Part shown: positions 39,784-53,429 of the stretch, one piece after another
Layout of the letters: every line of letters starts with the position of its first letter
Numbering within the stretch: the stretch's first letter is position 1
DNA from: Octopus sinensis
Lineage: Eukaryota
Direction of reading: 5' to 3'
DNA length: 64,000 nucleotides
NCBI RefSeq assembly: GCF_006345805.1
Contig: NC_042997.1
Location: forward strand, 102,920,001 to 102,984,000
Position numbers and translations under genes: made by a program
Notes under the pieces: model-generated
The model's input: the letters and a program-made list of their open reading frames with translations, nothing else
Told to the model about the DNA's origin: nothing
Databases searched by the model: none

Positions 39784-39902
39784 AATAAAAATGGTAACTA
39801 ATTTTCTGTGGTTTTTCATGTAACCAACAATTATTTACCGGTAAATTTCGGTATGTAAATACGACAAATTAATTGTCAGGACCCTTGTAAGGTTCAGTAT
39901 AT

Positions 39903-40356
39903 GTAAAGAAAATAAGGTGGCTCAAGGCTGTTTTGCTCATACCGAAGGAATTAGAATGGCAGTCAAGACCGTTTTTTTCCATTTTCATAAGTGGAGATTC
40001 CAAAAACAAAGGCCCTTACGGCTCACATACACAAATCGGAGTGGCAAATATACGAAAGCAGTCACTTACCGTTAATCGCGAACACCGTGTTCTCTGGATC
40101 GCAAACATAGAGTGTAGGGCTGACGACGGAATTAAAACTAACTCTATGTTTGCGGATCCAGAAACACGGTGTTCGCTATTAACGGTAAGTGACTGCTTTC
40201 GTATATTTGCCACTCCGATTTTGTGTATGTGAGCCGTAAGGGCCTTCGTTTTGGAATCTCCACTTATAGTAAATGGAAAAACGGTCTTTGACTGCCATTT
40301 CTATTCCTTCGGTATGAGGCAAAACAGCCTGCTGCTAGCCACCTTATTTTTTTACT
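39903..40356. repeat. Fold-back palindrome, about 210-bp arms, 27-bp loop
   Basis: 39903-40113 is the reverse complement of 40141-40356. Confidence 0.9.
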
Positions 40357-40408
40357 ATATATATATAATATATATATTATATTATATATATATAATTTAA
40401 TATATATA

Positions 40409-40477
<69 letters not shown>

Positions 40478-40493
40478 ATATATATTATTATAT

Positions 40494-40524
<31 letters not shown>

Positions 40525-40542
40525 TATTATATATATATATAT

Positions 40543-40593
<51 letters not shown>

Positions 40594-40744
40594 ATATTAT
40601 ATTATATATAATATATATATATATATTATATCTATATATATATATATATTATATATAATATATATATATATATATATATTATGTATATATATATTTAGTG
40701 AGGAAGATGGAGCTGAACGTAGATTCTACAGAATTCCTTTTATT

Positions 40745-40828
40745 ATTTTCTACACATGTTTCAAAGCCGCAATTTCCAAATTCGGACTGAATAAGGAGAC
40801 CATTTTGCAGCTTTCTCTTCAGGAAAAT
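40745..40828 (-). ncRNA. Type I hammerhead in a about 255-bp cassette within (TA)n (second copy 41983-42066)
   Basis: AUUUUC CUGAAGA G AAAGCUGCAA..UUGCGGCUUU GAAAC AUGU GU A GAAAAU. Confidence 0.8.
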
Positions 40829-40947
40829 CCAGGAATTTAAAACTTCAAAACAATGCGCAGCAAGGTATTCGAACAAAACGCTCCTTAGGAGCCCATGAAT
40901 AGCACAAAAACTCCTTAACAAGATAATTCATTTATCCATTTCAATAA

Positions 40948-40987
<40 letters not shown>

Positions 40988-41010
40988 TATATTATATATA
41001 TATATATATA

Positions 41011-41044
<34 letters not shown>

Positions 41045-41049
41045 ATAAT

Positions 41050-41091
<42 letters not shown>

Positions 41092-41308
41092 ATAACTATA
41101 TATATATATAATATATGATATATATCTATATATATATAATATATATATATAATATAAATTATATATATAATTATATATATATATATAATATATATATAAT
41201 ATATATATAATATCTATATCTATATATATATATATCTATATATATTATATATATATCCATATATATATACTCTTATATATATAATATATTATTATATATT
41301 ATTATATA

Positions 41309-41711
41309 GGCGCAGGAGTGGCTGTGTGGGTAGTAGCTTGCTAACGAACCACATGGTTCCGGGTTCAGTCCCTCTGCGGGCATCTTGGCAAGTGTCTTCT
41401 GCTATAGCCCCGGGCCAACCAATGCCTTGTGAGTCGATTTGTAGACGGAACCTGAAAGAAGCCTTCGTATATAGTATATATATATATGTATGTGTGTGTG
41501 TGTTTGTGTGTCTGTGTTGTCACCTAGCATTGCTTGACAGCCGATGCTGGTGTGTTACGGTCCCTGTCACCTAGCGGTTCGGCAAAAAAGACCGATAGAA
41601 GTAGTCCTGGGCTTACAAAGAATAAGTCCCGGGGTCGATTTGCTCGACTAAAGGCGGTGCTCCAGCATGGCCGCAGTCAAATGACTGAAACAAGTAAAGG
41701 AGTAAAAGAGT
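41309..41711 (+). mobile_element. SINE family A (deleted copy at 42637-42891)
   Basis: Head and tail as above. Confidence 0.9.
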
Positions 41712-41729
41712 AATATATATATATATATT

Positions 41730-41764
<35 letters not shown>

Positions 41765-41814
41765 TATTATATATATATATTATATATTATATAATATTTA
41801 TATATTATATTATA

Positions 41815-41858
<44 letters not shown>

Positions 41859-41863
41859 TTATA

Positions 41864-41928
<65 letters not shown>

Positions 41929-42311
41929 ATTTAGTGAAGGGAAGAAATGGAGCTGACGAGATTCTACAGAATTCCTTTTATTATTTTCTACACTGTTTCA
42001 AGGCCGCAAATTTCCAATTCGGACTGAATAAGGAGACCATTTTGCAGCTTTCTCTTCAGGAAAAATCCAGGAATTTAAAACTTCAAACAAATGCGAAGCA
42101 AGGTATCGAACAAAACGCTCCTTAGGAGCCCATGAAATACAAGCACAAAAACTCCTTAACAGATAATTCATTTATCCATTTCTAAACAATATATATATAT
42201 ATATATATATGTATATAAATATTTATATAGATATATATTAATATATTATATATATATATATTATATATATATTATATATATATAATATATTATCTATATA
42301 TATATATATAT

Positions 42312-42345
<34 letters not shown>

Positions 42346-42475
42346 ATATATAATATATATTATATTATATATATATATAATATATATCATATATATATAT
42401 ATATATATATATATCTATATATATATATATATATATAGATATATATATATATATATATATAAAATATATATAATA

Positions 42476-42518
<43 letters not shown>

Positions 42519-42536
42519 TATATAAATAATATATAT

Positions 42537-42567
<31 letters not shown>

Positions 42568-42910
42568 CATATATATATATATATATAATATACATATATA
42601 TATAATTTATATATATTATATATATAATATTTCATAGCGCAGGAGTGGCTGTGTGGTAAGTAGCTTGCTAACGAACCACATGGTTCCGGGTTCAGTCCCA
42701 CTGCGTGGCATCTTGGGCAAGTGTCTTCTGCTATAGCCCCGGGCCAAACCAATGCTTGTGAGTCGATTTTGTAGACGGAAACTGAAAGAAGCCTTCGTAT
42801 ATATGTATATATATATATGTGTGTGTGTGTGTTTTGTGTGTCTGTGTTTTGTCACCTAGCATTGCTTGACAGCCGTAAAAGAGTAAAGAGTATATATATA
42901 ATATAATATT

Positions 42911-42962
<52 letters not shown>

Positions 42963-43006
42963 ATATTATTTATATAGTATTATATATATAATTATATGTA
43001 TATTTA

Positions 43007-43056
<50 letters not shown>

Positions 43057-43075
43057 TATATATATTAATATATAT

Positions 43076-43107
<32 letters not shown>

Positions 43108-43166
43108 ATATTATATTATTATATATATATATATAATATATTATATATTTATATAGTATATATATA

Positions 43167-43206
<40 letters not shown>

Positions 43207-43311
43207 TATATATATATATTATATATACATTATATATATATTATATATATATATATATATTAATATATATATATATATTATTTATATATATTATATATAT
43301 ATATTATATAT

Positions 43312-43359
<48 letters not shown>

Positions 43360-43375
43360 ATATATTATATATATA

Positions 43376-45725
43376 TGATTGATTGATTGATTGATTCTAG
43401 TTTCAGCTTATGAGCTGTGGTCATGCTGGGGCACCGCCATTTGGTGTTGCTACTTGGTTTCACTTCATGGAGGCTTTCTAGCAACTGCTATTTGGTGCAT
43501 GAGAGAGTTCGATGCAGCTGCCTCATCTGCCCCTCCTGCCTTGAAGTTGGTTCATCTGGGACACCTGACGGAAGAGATCCAGCTTCATTTTAAAGACATC
43601 TGTATCCACCCCATGCAGGTTCTCAGGTTCTTCGGGAGGATATTGAAGAGCTGTGGGCCTCGGAAGCCCAGGCTATCACAGAATCTTGTCCTACATCTTG
43701 ATGGCAGGTTTGGAGTCCTAGGCACCACGCAGTGGCGCCCAGTTCTGCATTGCGTAACTCTCGATGCCAAAGTTCAGGACACTTCCCTCCAGAATCTTCC
43801 AGATGTATATATGGGCATATCTTTCCCGCCTACGCTCCAGGGAATATAATTTTAATCTCTTGAGTCTTTCCCCAGTAGCTTACATTCTGCATAGAGGCTA
43901 TCTTCTTTGTGTAGCTTCGTTGGATCGCCTCAAGTTCTGTGATCAACTTGACACTGATGGTGACCATAGCTGAGAGCAATAGTCAAAGTGGCTTAGGACA
44001 AGTGTCTTCCAGAGGACCATCATGGTTTCTTGTTCTCTTGTTCTAAAGGTTCTAAGATTCCATCCAGCCAGCCGTCTACATTTCTTGTCAGTTTAGCAAC
44101 ATGTACATGAAAGGTCGCGTCATCACTCATGTGAATACCCAGGTCAACGCACTGATTGTGCCTCTGGGATTGCAATCCCTCCGGGTCCAGTGTATTCATT
44201 GGGTATTGCATTCAGTTTTGCATGCTGATAGTATAAAGCTTGAAACTTTCCAGCATTGAACTGCATGCTATTCTTTTCAGCCCACTTGTATATTTCGTCC
44301 AGCTCACATTGCAGTGTTTAGTGTCCTCAGGGTCTGTATTGCCTGTGAAACTTTTGTATCATCATCTGCATAACTTGTGATCATGGCTCTCTGCGTGGCT
44401 GAGGGCATGTCTGAGAGGGCCATTATGAACAGTAGTGGTCCCAGAACAGTGCCCTGCGGAACACCGCTCACTATTTGTGTGTTAATGGAGGTGGCCCCAT
44501 TGGCTACTACCACCTGACTTCTATCCTTCAGAAAGTCATGAAGCCATTCTCCCAGTTTTCCAACTATGTTGAGATCACGCAGTTTGTGACATATCATTCC
44601 ATATCGACTTTATCAAAGGCCTTTGCAAAGTCGAGATATATCACTTCCACATTTGAGTGGTTGAGCAGCCGTTTCAGCACCCAGTCATAGTGTTGTAGGC
44701 TGAGTTAAACAGCTTCTCCCTGGTCGGAAACCATGTTGGGTGTCGGGCAGCAAGTCATTCTCTTCAAGGAAGTGATCAGCTTCCTTCTGACTATTCGTTC
44801 CATGACCTTGCTGAGTGTGAGGTCAGAGAGATAGGTCTATAGTTCTTGGCTTCCGCTCTGCTACCTCCTTTATGAATGGGGCATATTTTACCTTCCTTCA
44901 GTTTTCCTGGAAGTTTGCCAGCTGCAAGGAAACTCTGAAAGAGGAACTGCAGTGGTCTTGCTAGGACTCTCTTACATGCTTTTAGGAGGATTGCCGGGAA
45001 TCCATCGGGGCCAGTAGCTGAGTCTTTGTTTTCATTTCATCTATAGCCTTGGTTACATCGTCTTCCTTTATATCGATGTAATCTATCGTCGCCGCCTCTG
45101 ATTTTATATCTGCAGTGGTAACAAAGTCAGTTGGATTGGTGATTTGGAGATGCCCAAGGGTGGAGTGAAAACACTCTTGAATTGCTCATTCAGTATTTCA
45201 CTTACCCTCATTGGTTTTCCTGTAAGTGTGCCATCCTTTTCGAGGAGTGGCCCTATTCTACAGTGCACTGTAGCTGTTTCTTTGGCATACCTGTAGAAAG
45301 CTCTGGGGTTAGATTTTATGTTTTCTATAGCCCAGGCTTCTTTGTCTGCTCTTTCTTTTTCATGGGAGAGTTGCAGACATTTTTCGATTTCCAACAGTTT
45401 TATTTTTAGGCGGGACTTTTCATTGCTTTCAATCTGTTTGTTTAGGCGATTTGAAAATTTCGTACGCCGTCTCATTAAATTTTCCTCTCTCTGGGATTTT
45501 GTTCTTGTGTACAGTGGCCTTTCTCTCTGGGACACATTTCTAGCAAATGGCTTGCATTACAGACATGAATTGTTGAAGTTTCACGTCGATGTCTGGCGAG
45601 GAGAGACATTTAGGCCAGTTTTGTTTGGAGGATCTCTTTCTCAATTTGTTTCCAGTTTGCCCTTATGGTAGTTCAAGCTGGAAAGATTTTGAGGGTTTCT
45701 TGTAGGCTGCATGTCCGTGCTCTCT
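43376..45725 (-). mobile_element. CR1/L2-group LINE RT and 3' end; same family as 28655-30120
   Basis: GPDGFP, NYRPISLTS, QHGFRPG, DFAKAFDKVD, SGVPQGTVLGPLLF, YADD, GPQLFNILPK. (AATC)n tail at 43376-43395. Confidence 0.92.
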
Positions 45726-45752
45726 TATATATATATATATATATTATATATA

Positions 45753-45790
<38 letters not shown>

Positions 45791-45837
45791 GATATATATA
45801 TATATTATATATATATATTATATATATAATATATATA

Positions 45838-45876
<39 letters not shown>

Positions 45877-45918
45877 TGTATATATATATATATATATCAT
45901 ATATATATATATAATATC

Positions 45919-45974
<56 letters not shown>

Positions 45975-46055
45975 ATATTATATATATTATATATTATATA
46001 TTATATTTATATATATTATATATATATATTATTATATAATAACATATATATATAT

Positions 46056-46104
<49 letters not shown>

Positions 46105-46132
46105 ATTTTTTATATATATATATATTATTATA

Positions 46133-46410
46133 ATATATCTATACAATATGTTACATTACTCGGTAGTCAAGATAAAACTCTGAGTTTCAGATGCCGAAGT
46201 GGAAATCCACAACACCATCTCTTCGGTTATCTGGCTATTTATAGCCAGATAACCGAAGAGATGGTGTTGTGGATTTCCACTTCGGCATCTGAAACTCAGA
46301 GTTTTTTATCTTGACTACCGAGTAATGTAACATATTGTATAGATATAATTTCCTCTATTTACATAATATTGAGGTCTCTTTCTTTCTTTTGTTATCTTAC
46401 CGTTTTATCA
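46133..46410. mobile_element. Fold-back pLTR cassette, about 105-bp arms with a 2-nt loop
   Basis: 46133-46238 is the reverse complement of 46241-46347. Flanked by (TA)n. Confidence 0.85.
46170..46232 (-). ncRNA. Hammerhead (U4C core); mirror copy on + at 46247-46311
   Basis: AGAUAA CCGAAGA GAUG..CAUC U GAAACUC-A-GAGU U UUAUCU. Confidence 0.65.
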
Positions 46411-46451
46411 ATATATTATATATAATATATATATTATATATTATATATATT

Positions 46452-46496
<45 letters not shown>

Positions 46497-46605
46497 TATA
46501 ATATTATACATATATATATATATAATATATTATATATATATATATATTATATATATATATATATTAATATATATATATAATCTATATTATATATATCTCT
46601 ATATA

Positions 46606-46689
<84 letters not shown>

Positions 46690-46982
46690 ACATTATATTA
46701 TATATATATATGTAGGAAATTTTCAGTTCACAAATTTCTAGTATATTTATCTTTTTTACACTACACATAAAACTGCCAATTACCAAATACTCGAATTTTC
46801 TATTTTAATTCTCATTCTAAAAGATATAGAATACAATCTATACATAGATAGGTAGGTTGGTAGGTAGATAGATAAATAGATAGATAGACGGATAAGTTGA
46901 TAAAGAAATAGATAGAAAGAAAGTTAAACGGCTTGATAGATATGTAGATACTCAGAAAGATAGGTTGATAGATAGATAGGTT

Positions 46983-47018
<36 letters not shown>

Positions 47019-47128
47019 CACAGACATATAGATAGATAATAGATTTACAGACAGAGACTGACAGACAGATATATATATATATATATATATATACATAATA
47101 TATATATATATATATATATATATGTATA

Positions 47129-47170
<42 letters not shown>

Positions 47171-47284
47171 ATATATCCCCCACATTACTGTATTGTTAAA
47201 ACAGTATAGTTCTTTTTTGTGCATCTAAGTTAGGTACCTTATTCAAGTAAATTCATTTAAATTAACTTGATCTTTATTGCTTTT

Positions 47285-47346
<62 letters not shown>

Positions 47347-47347
<1 letters not shown>

Positions 47348-47637
47348 AACAATTGCAGCTTGGAAGGTGTTTGTAAGCCTTTTATGAACCACACAAAAGC
47401 CGTTCGATTCACTTCAACATTTAAGTTTAAGTTGTCAAAATATTTTCGTCGCTTTAAGACCGCGACCTGTTCGTTCACTGCAAAAATCCGTGCTGCATAC
47501 AAATTGCCAGTGAACAGGTCGCGGTCTTAAAGCGACGAAAATATTTTGACAACTTAAACTTAAATGTTGAAGTGAATCGAACGACTTTTGTGTGTTTCTT
47601 AAATGGCTTACAAACACCTTCCACGCTGCAATTGTTT
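47347..47637. mobile_element. Fold-back pLTR cassette, about 130-bp arms
   Basis: 47347-47480 is the reverse complement of 47508-47637. Flanked by (TA)n. Confidence 0.85.
47505..47551 (+). ncRNA. Minimal hammerhead, G3-C8 core variant (mirror copy on - at 47433-47481 has a 4-nt duplication)
   Basis: UGCCA GUGAACA G GUCGC-GGUCUUAAA-GCGAC GAA AAUAUU U UGACA. Confidence 0.6.
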
Positions 47638-47693
47638 TCGTTTCACCACACGATCTCAGATCAAATCACTTGCTATGCAAGTACATCTCCGTA

Positions 47694-47752
<59 letters not shown>

Positions 47753-47972
47753 GTGTGTGTGTGTAAGAAGAGAGAGAGAGAGAGAGAGAGAGATAGGTAC
47801 ATTGATAGATAGAGTAATACTGAGATTGATTGATTCTGTATTAAAGTACCACCACTGTTTCGTGTACATTTCTGTTGAACATTGTTGACGAATTAATGTT
47901 TTTAGAGAATCAATAAGGGAGATAGATGGACATATTAATAAATATAGGTAGATATAAACAGATAGAGATAAA

Positions 47973-48028
<56 letters not shown>

Positions 48029-48417
48029 GCGATGAGTTGAGAATTAATGTCAGTGTTGTGGAATAGAAGAACTAATAAAATAAATTGGTTATGTGTTGAA
48101 GTTTTCTTTTCTGGACTCGCATTAAGAAGTGTACGACAGAGTTATGCAAGTACAAACATCCCTTATTACTTGAGGTACGTTTAGAAGATGTCCTGACTTT
48201 CCTTTTTGAACAGTATGAATAGCATACAGTTTAAGTAGTTAAGAAAGGGATAAGGTAGTTTATGTGTTGAGCGATGTATTTAAAGAATTAAAATCTATTA
48301 GCTTTAATGATTAAACATTAATGATTAAAGGCGAAGTGAAAAACCCCGAAATCTACATCAATCAATCAATCAGTCAATCAATCAGTCAATCAATCAATCT
48401 GTCTGTCTGTCAGTATG

Positions 48418-48486
<69 letters not shown>

Positions 48487-48543
48487 GTATCTATGTATCT
48501 ATCTATCTATCTATCTATCCATCCATCCATCCATCCATCCATC

Positions 48544-48618
<75 letters not shown>

Positions 48619-49582
48619 CTATTCTATTTTATCCTATTCTATTTTACTCTGCTCTATTTTATTCTGTTCTATTCTATGAGAATTAAAATAAAAAATTCAG
48701 GTACTTGACAATTGGCTGTTTTATGTGTCATTTAAAAATGAAAAAAAATATACATTGTAAAGATTAGAAATACATGAACTAAAAATTTTCATTGAACCAT
48801 GAAAATATGTCATTGGAAGTCGTTGAGGGGAATACTGACATCCATTTTGCCCGTCATTTTACTAATTTCCTATTTTCTCTCTCTCGCTCTCTCAATCCCT
48901 CTCCCCCACTTCGTTCTCTCTTTATTTTTTAGTCAGTGAGAGGAGCAGTAATACAACTCATATCCAACTACCCACATTTTAAAACTGAAATATAGTATTT
49001 TATATAAGTAGGCTGTGAACGCCCTAACTCCTAAACGTTGGATTATGAATGCACAAATTACTGTTGTAGTTCACTCTCCACATTTAAAACAATAATACCG
49101 AATGGTTTTATTTTGCAAAAATCAATGACAAATACGAATTGTTACGTGATTTTTAACAGAAGTTGGAAGATAATTTTGAATGAATAATCTACATAAAAGA
49201 AACCCGAAAAAAATGGCTTTATTCAAAAGAGTTCACTTTATCATCCCAACTGACTGTTAATCAATGTTTTACCGCTAACTATTTTGCATCAAATCAACCC
49301 TTTTCTTCGACCCGAATTTCCATCACGTCTCTTTATCTGTCAGTCCATATGTCTGTCTGCCTGTCTGCTTCTCACTCTCTTTGTTTGTTTGTCTGTTTGT
49401 CTGTTTCTCTTTCTTTTTGGTAGAATTTTCCTGGTTTTACTTCATTAAATATCAACAACAACGAGGAAGAAATATAAGAGAAAAACTAAGAATAACAGGG
49501 GGGTTATTTCATCTGTTTTGATTAAATGATATATGCACTGTATATGCGTGTGCATATGTGTGCACATTATTTGTCTCTGCCC

Positions 49583-49705
<123 letters not shown>

Positions 49706-49920
49706 TGTCTGACTGTCTGTCTGTCTGTGTGTCTGTGTGTGTGTATGTGTGTGTGTGTTTCCATTTTGCGCTTGTAAATCAGCTTGCTCGACCAGTATCT
49801 ATTCTTTCACACACGCAAACCCCCTCACCTTTTCATACAAAATCTTTCACACTACCTGCCTATCAATTACACACAACACACCACGCTGTACTTTTACATT
49901 TGTACATCCCTATACACATA

Positions 49921-50133
49921 CTATTTCTTTACTGCCCACAAGGAGCTAAACATAGAGGGGACAAACAAGGACAGACAAACGGATTAAGTGCGTAACTGGT
50001 ACTTAATTTATCGATCTCGAAAGGATGAAAGGCAAAGTCGACCTCGGCGGAATTTGAACTCAGAACGTAACGGCAGACGAAATACGGCTACGCATTTCGC
50101 CCGGCGTGCTAACGTTTCTGCCAACTCGCCGCC
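49921..50133 (-). mobile_element. SINE family B
   Basis: Homologous to 7708-7940. Confidence 0.85.
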
Positions 50134-50364
50134 TTACAACCAGCTCGCCGCCTTACCCCTATACACATACATACACCATATTAACACACACCACTCTACC
50201 CTTTTAGCTGCTTCTAGACATGGATGCGCTCTTATACTTGCATCTACATAATCACTGTTTCCTCTCGTCTTAACTCTTTCAGATAAAAAAGCATTCCCAC
50301 CAAGTTTCAAGTACTTCACCTGTTTTTTTTAACTGACTATTTTTTTCCTCGCTCAGTCTTATTG

Positions 50365-50394
50365 CCGATGAAGACAGAACGCCTGAAATGTTAA
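50365..50394 (+). ncRNA. Decayed minimal hammerhead-like motif
   Basis: CCGAUGA AGAC-AGAAC-GCCU GAAAUGUU, in a pyrimidine-rich context similar to 8991. Confidence 0.3.
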
Positions 50395-50511
50395 GACACT
50401 TTAACTTTTCATTAAAGCGTTAAGCTAATGCCTTATCTATCAAACTTTATGATTCCTGTTATGTCCTTTTAATTGCTCATTGTATTTACTCTCTCTCTCT
50501 CTCTCTCTCTC

Positions 50512-50570
<59 letters not shown>

Positions 50571-50581
50571 GTATATATATT

Positions 50582-50679
<98 letters not shown>

Positions 50680-50753
50680 ATATAGAAATTCGGGGTGAGT
50701 ACTTGATAATTATAAGCACCTGTGTATACCGTTTGGTGGTGTAGGTGGTGGAG

Positions 50754-51266
50754 TAAATTGATCAAAATAAAAACATGATGCCAAGGATCAGCGGTACATA
50801 TGTTTCGGGCCTTATTAGACAGACTTATAACAATGCATAATGTATGTCTGTGGCCTTCTTCAGCCGCGCACAACAGCTTCCACAAGGACATGTGTTACAT
50901 CAAAATTCTTGGTTGGGGATGCAAATCCTCTCATTCGCGTACGACATAATGCGGCAACAGCATAGAATTGAAGCGTCCATCTCTTTCTTCTCTGAATGTA
51001 GAATGCTAGGGGAATCGATTCTACATTCAGAGAAGAAAGAGATGGACGCTTCAATTCTATGCTGTTGCCGCATTATGTCGTACGCGAATGAGAGGATTTG
51101 CATCCTCAACCAAGAATTTTTGATGTAACACATGTCCTTGTGGAAGCTGTTGTGCGCGGCTGAAGAAGGCCACAGACATACATTATGCATTGTTATAAAT
51201 CTGTCTAATAAAGGCCCGAAACATATGTACCGCTGAATCCTTGGCATCATGTTTTTATTTTGATCA

Positions 51267-51271
<5 letters not shown>
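50754..51271. mobile_element. Fold-back pLTR cassette, about 250-bp arms, 13-nt loop
   Basis: 50754-51004 is the reverse complement of 51018-51271 with few mismatches. (TA)n flanks. Confidence 0.9.
51156..51233 (+). ncRNA. Type I hammerhead; mirror copy on - at 50791-50867
   Basis: GCGG CUGAAGA AGGCC..GGCCC GAAAC AUAU GU A CCGC. Confidence 0.8.
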
Positions 51272-51310
<39 letters not shown>

Positions 51311-51394
51311 TTTAAATAACAGTTTGACTTAATTTCATATGAATTAAAATTTCGTGGGCATGCAGGACGGACGCATTTCATTAGATATCTTCTG

Positions 51395-51444
51395 ATATCT
51401 GATGAGATCGGTTCGTTCCAAGCACCCACGAAACTTTGTCATAT
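51395..51444 (+). ncRNA. Hammerhead-like motif in a diverged fold-back (51310-51470)
   Basis: AUAU CUGAUGA G..C GAAAC UUU GU C AUAU. Stem II is poorly paired. Confidence 0.5.
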
Positions 51445-52143
51445 GGAGCTGAGTCAAGCTGTTATTTAAAAAAAATATGTTACTCCTTTCCGTTGCGACT
51501 CTACATTCTGTTCCCTGCCTATTTTCTTTTCTATCCTTCTATCATCCTCAATATTTCTTTTCCTCCCCTTCCTTCTGTGATGTCCCCTGTCTCTCTCTCT
51601 TCCACTCTCTACTATCTTTCTTTCCTTCTCCTTTCTCCTCACCCACCTTGTTTCTTTCCTTCATCCTCTCTCTCTTGTCCTCTTTCTCCTCTGCCTGTTG
51701 CTCGCACGTGACTACAAGCCATTTTTTTGTCTTTCCGTCTTTTCTGGACCGCTTGGCCTGAGAGACTGACGTCATGTCTCTCGCCTCTCGATATTTTTCT
51801 CTTCTACTATTTATTCTATATCCTTTCAACATTTCTTACAGGCGTTACCCATTACAATTCGTCTTGGCCTAACAGCCCTAAATATCTGTCTTCGTCAATT
51901 GTTTATTTCCGTACGTCCACTCTGTTGTCGTCTGTATATTCGGAGCCCTAAAAATTTCTCGATGCTGCTGCCTTGTGAAGTTTTCCTGTCTTGTAGTTAA
52001 AAGTACGAAACAGTGAGTAATATCACAGTGGAAAACTGAGGAGGGGTTAGACTTCCTTTGGTATTTTGTCCCATACTTATCTCTCGTTGTGTGTTTACGT
52101 ATTTTTCACTCGTTAGTGGTGTCCTGTTCTTAATGCTTAATAT

Positions 52144-52190
<47 letters not shown>

Positions 52191-52929
52191 TATATATATA
52201 TAATAAGCAAACTTTCAAAGTTTGTACATAAACTGTCGCATTCGAAAGCGACATTTAATTGACAGCATGTCAGGGGCCGTTTAGCTTAATAGTCAGAGCG
52301 CTTAGCGTGTCCCGTGGCCGCCTTCTGGCAACCCTTCCCCACGTCTTATAAGGGGTAAATACCCAATTTTTCGCTGCTGTAGTTACAGCTTTACTGCATT
52401 CGAAATTTACTTTCTCGTCTATAATATATATACTGCGTTGCATCGATATTCGAGTTAATTTGTTCCCGGAGACCGCCCGTAAAGTGGAAAATTGTAAAGC
52501 GGAGCAATAATTTCCCATAGCAGCAATGATATAAATCGTAATTTGTTTCCCAGGTAAATATATTTTACCGATAAAATTTATAATGCTTGTAAATAAATGG
52601 CAATAAAACAACAGTAGGATGCAACGAATATTTTATGTAAAGTAAAAAGAATATCAAGATCATTTATAACAAAAAATATTTTTATTACAATCGTTTTCTG
52701 AGTCACTTCCACTAGCACTAGAATCGTGTACACCATCATTTGTAGACGCGATCACCGATTCACAAGCAGTCGTAGACGGATTGTAGATTTCTTTAAAAAA
52801 AAAACAGTCTAGAGTTGTTTGCTTAGAAGCATTTTTTCGTTGTCCTATAAATTTCTCGGCAGAAGCATTTATTATGGTAGAGGAAACTTTTGCACTTCGT
52901 TCAAAATTTGGATCTTGTGCTAGAAAAAT

Positions 52930-52989
52930 AAAACTCGTAAAGTCGGGGTCTCGTAAAGTGGGTCCTCGTAAAGTGAAGTATTACTGTAT
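52930..52989. mobile_element. Possible pogo/Tigger-like transposon terminus
   Basis: Three subterminal CTCGTAAAGT motifs ending ..ATTACTG|TA. The partner end was not found. Confidence 0.35.
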
Positions 52990-53429
52990 ATGCAATCAAA
53001 CAAACTTATTTATTCAAAACTGTTTTCGTATCTTTATGCATACCTACGCACTCATCTATGTATGAATACATATATACTTTGGTTATCTAAATAAATTTAT
53101 CTTGACTAGAATTTAACGTATGAACGTGTATTATAAATCACCCGTTGTGTCACTATTCATTTACATTACATTTCCAAAATCCAATGAGAGGCTGAAGCCT
53201 TTTGATATTCTAAGACTAGTATACTGTCAAAGAAAAAGAAATTTTTTGAACTTCTTTTGAAAATATCTATAAATTTTTGATCGACTCTATAAAAACTGTC
53301 TGTTGCTAACGATTCCTTCTCTCTCTCTTTCCCGTCTCGTCACTACCCTGTTTGAAGTCTCGCAGCATTCGACCTTCAACTGCTATTTTTCTTCTCATTC
53401 TTCGTTTTTTTTAATGTTTGCTGTTATAG

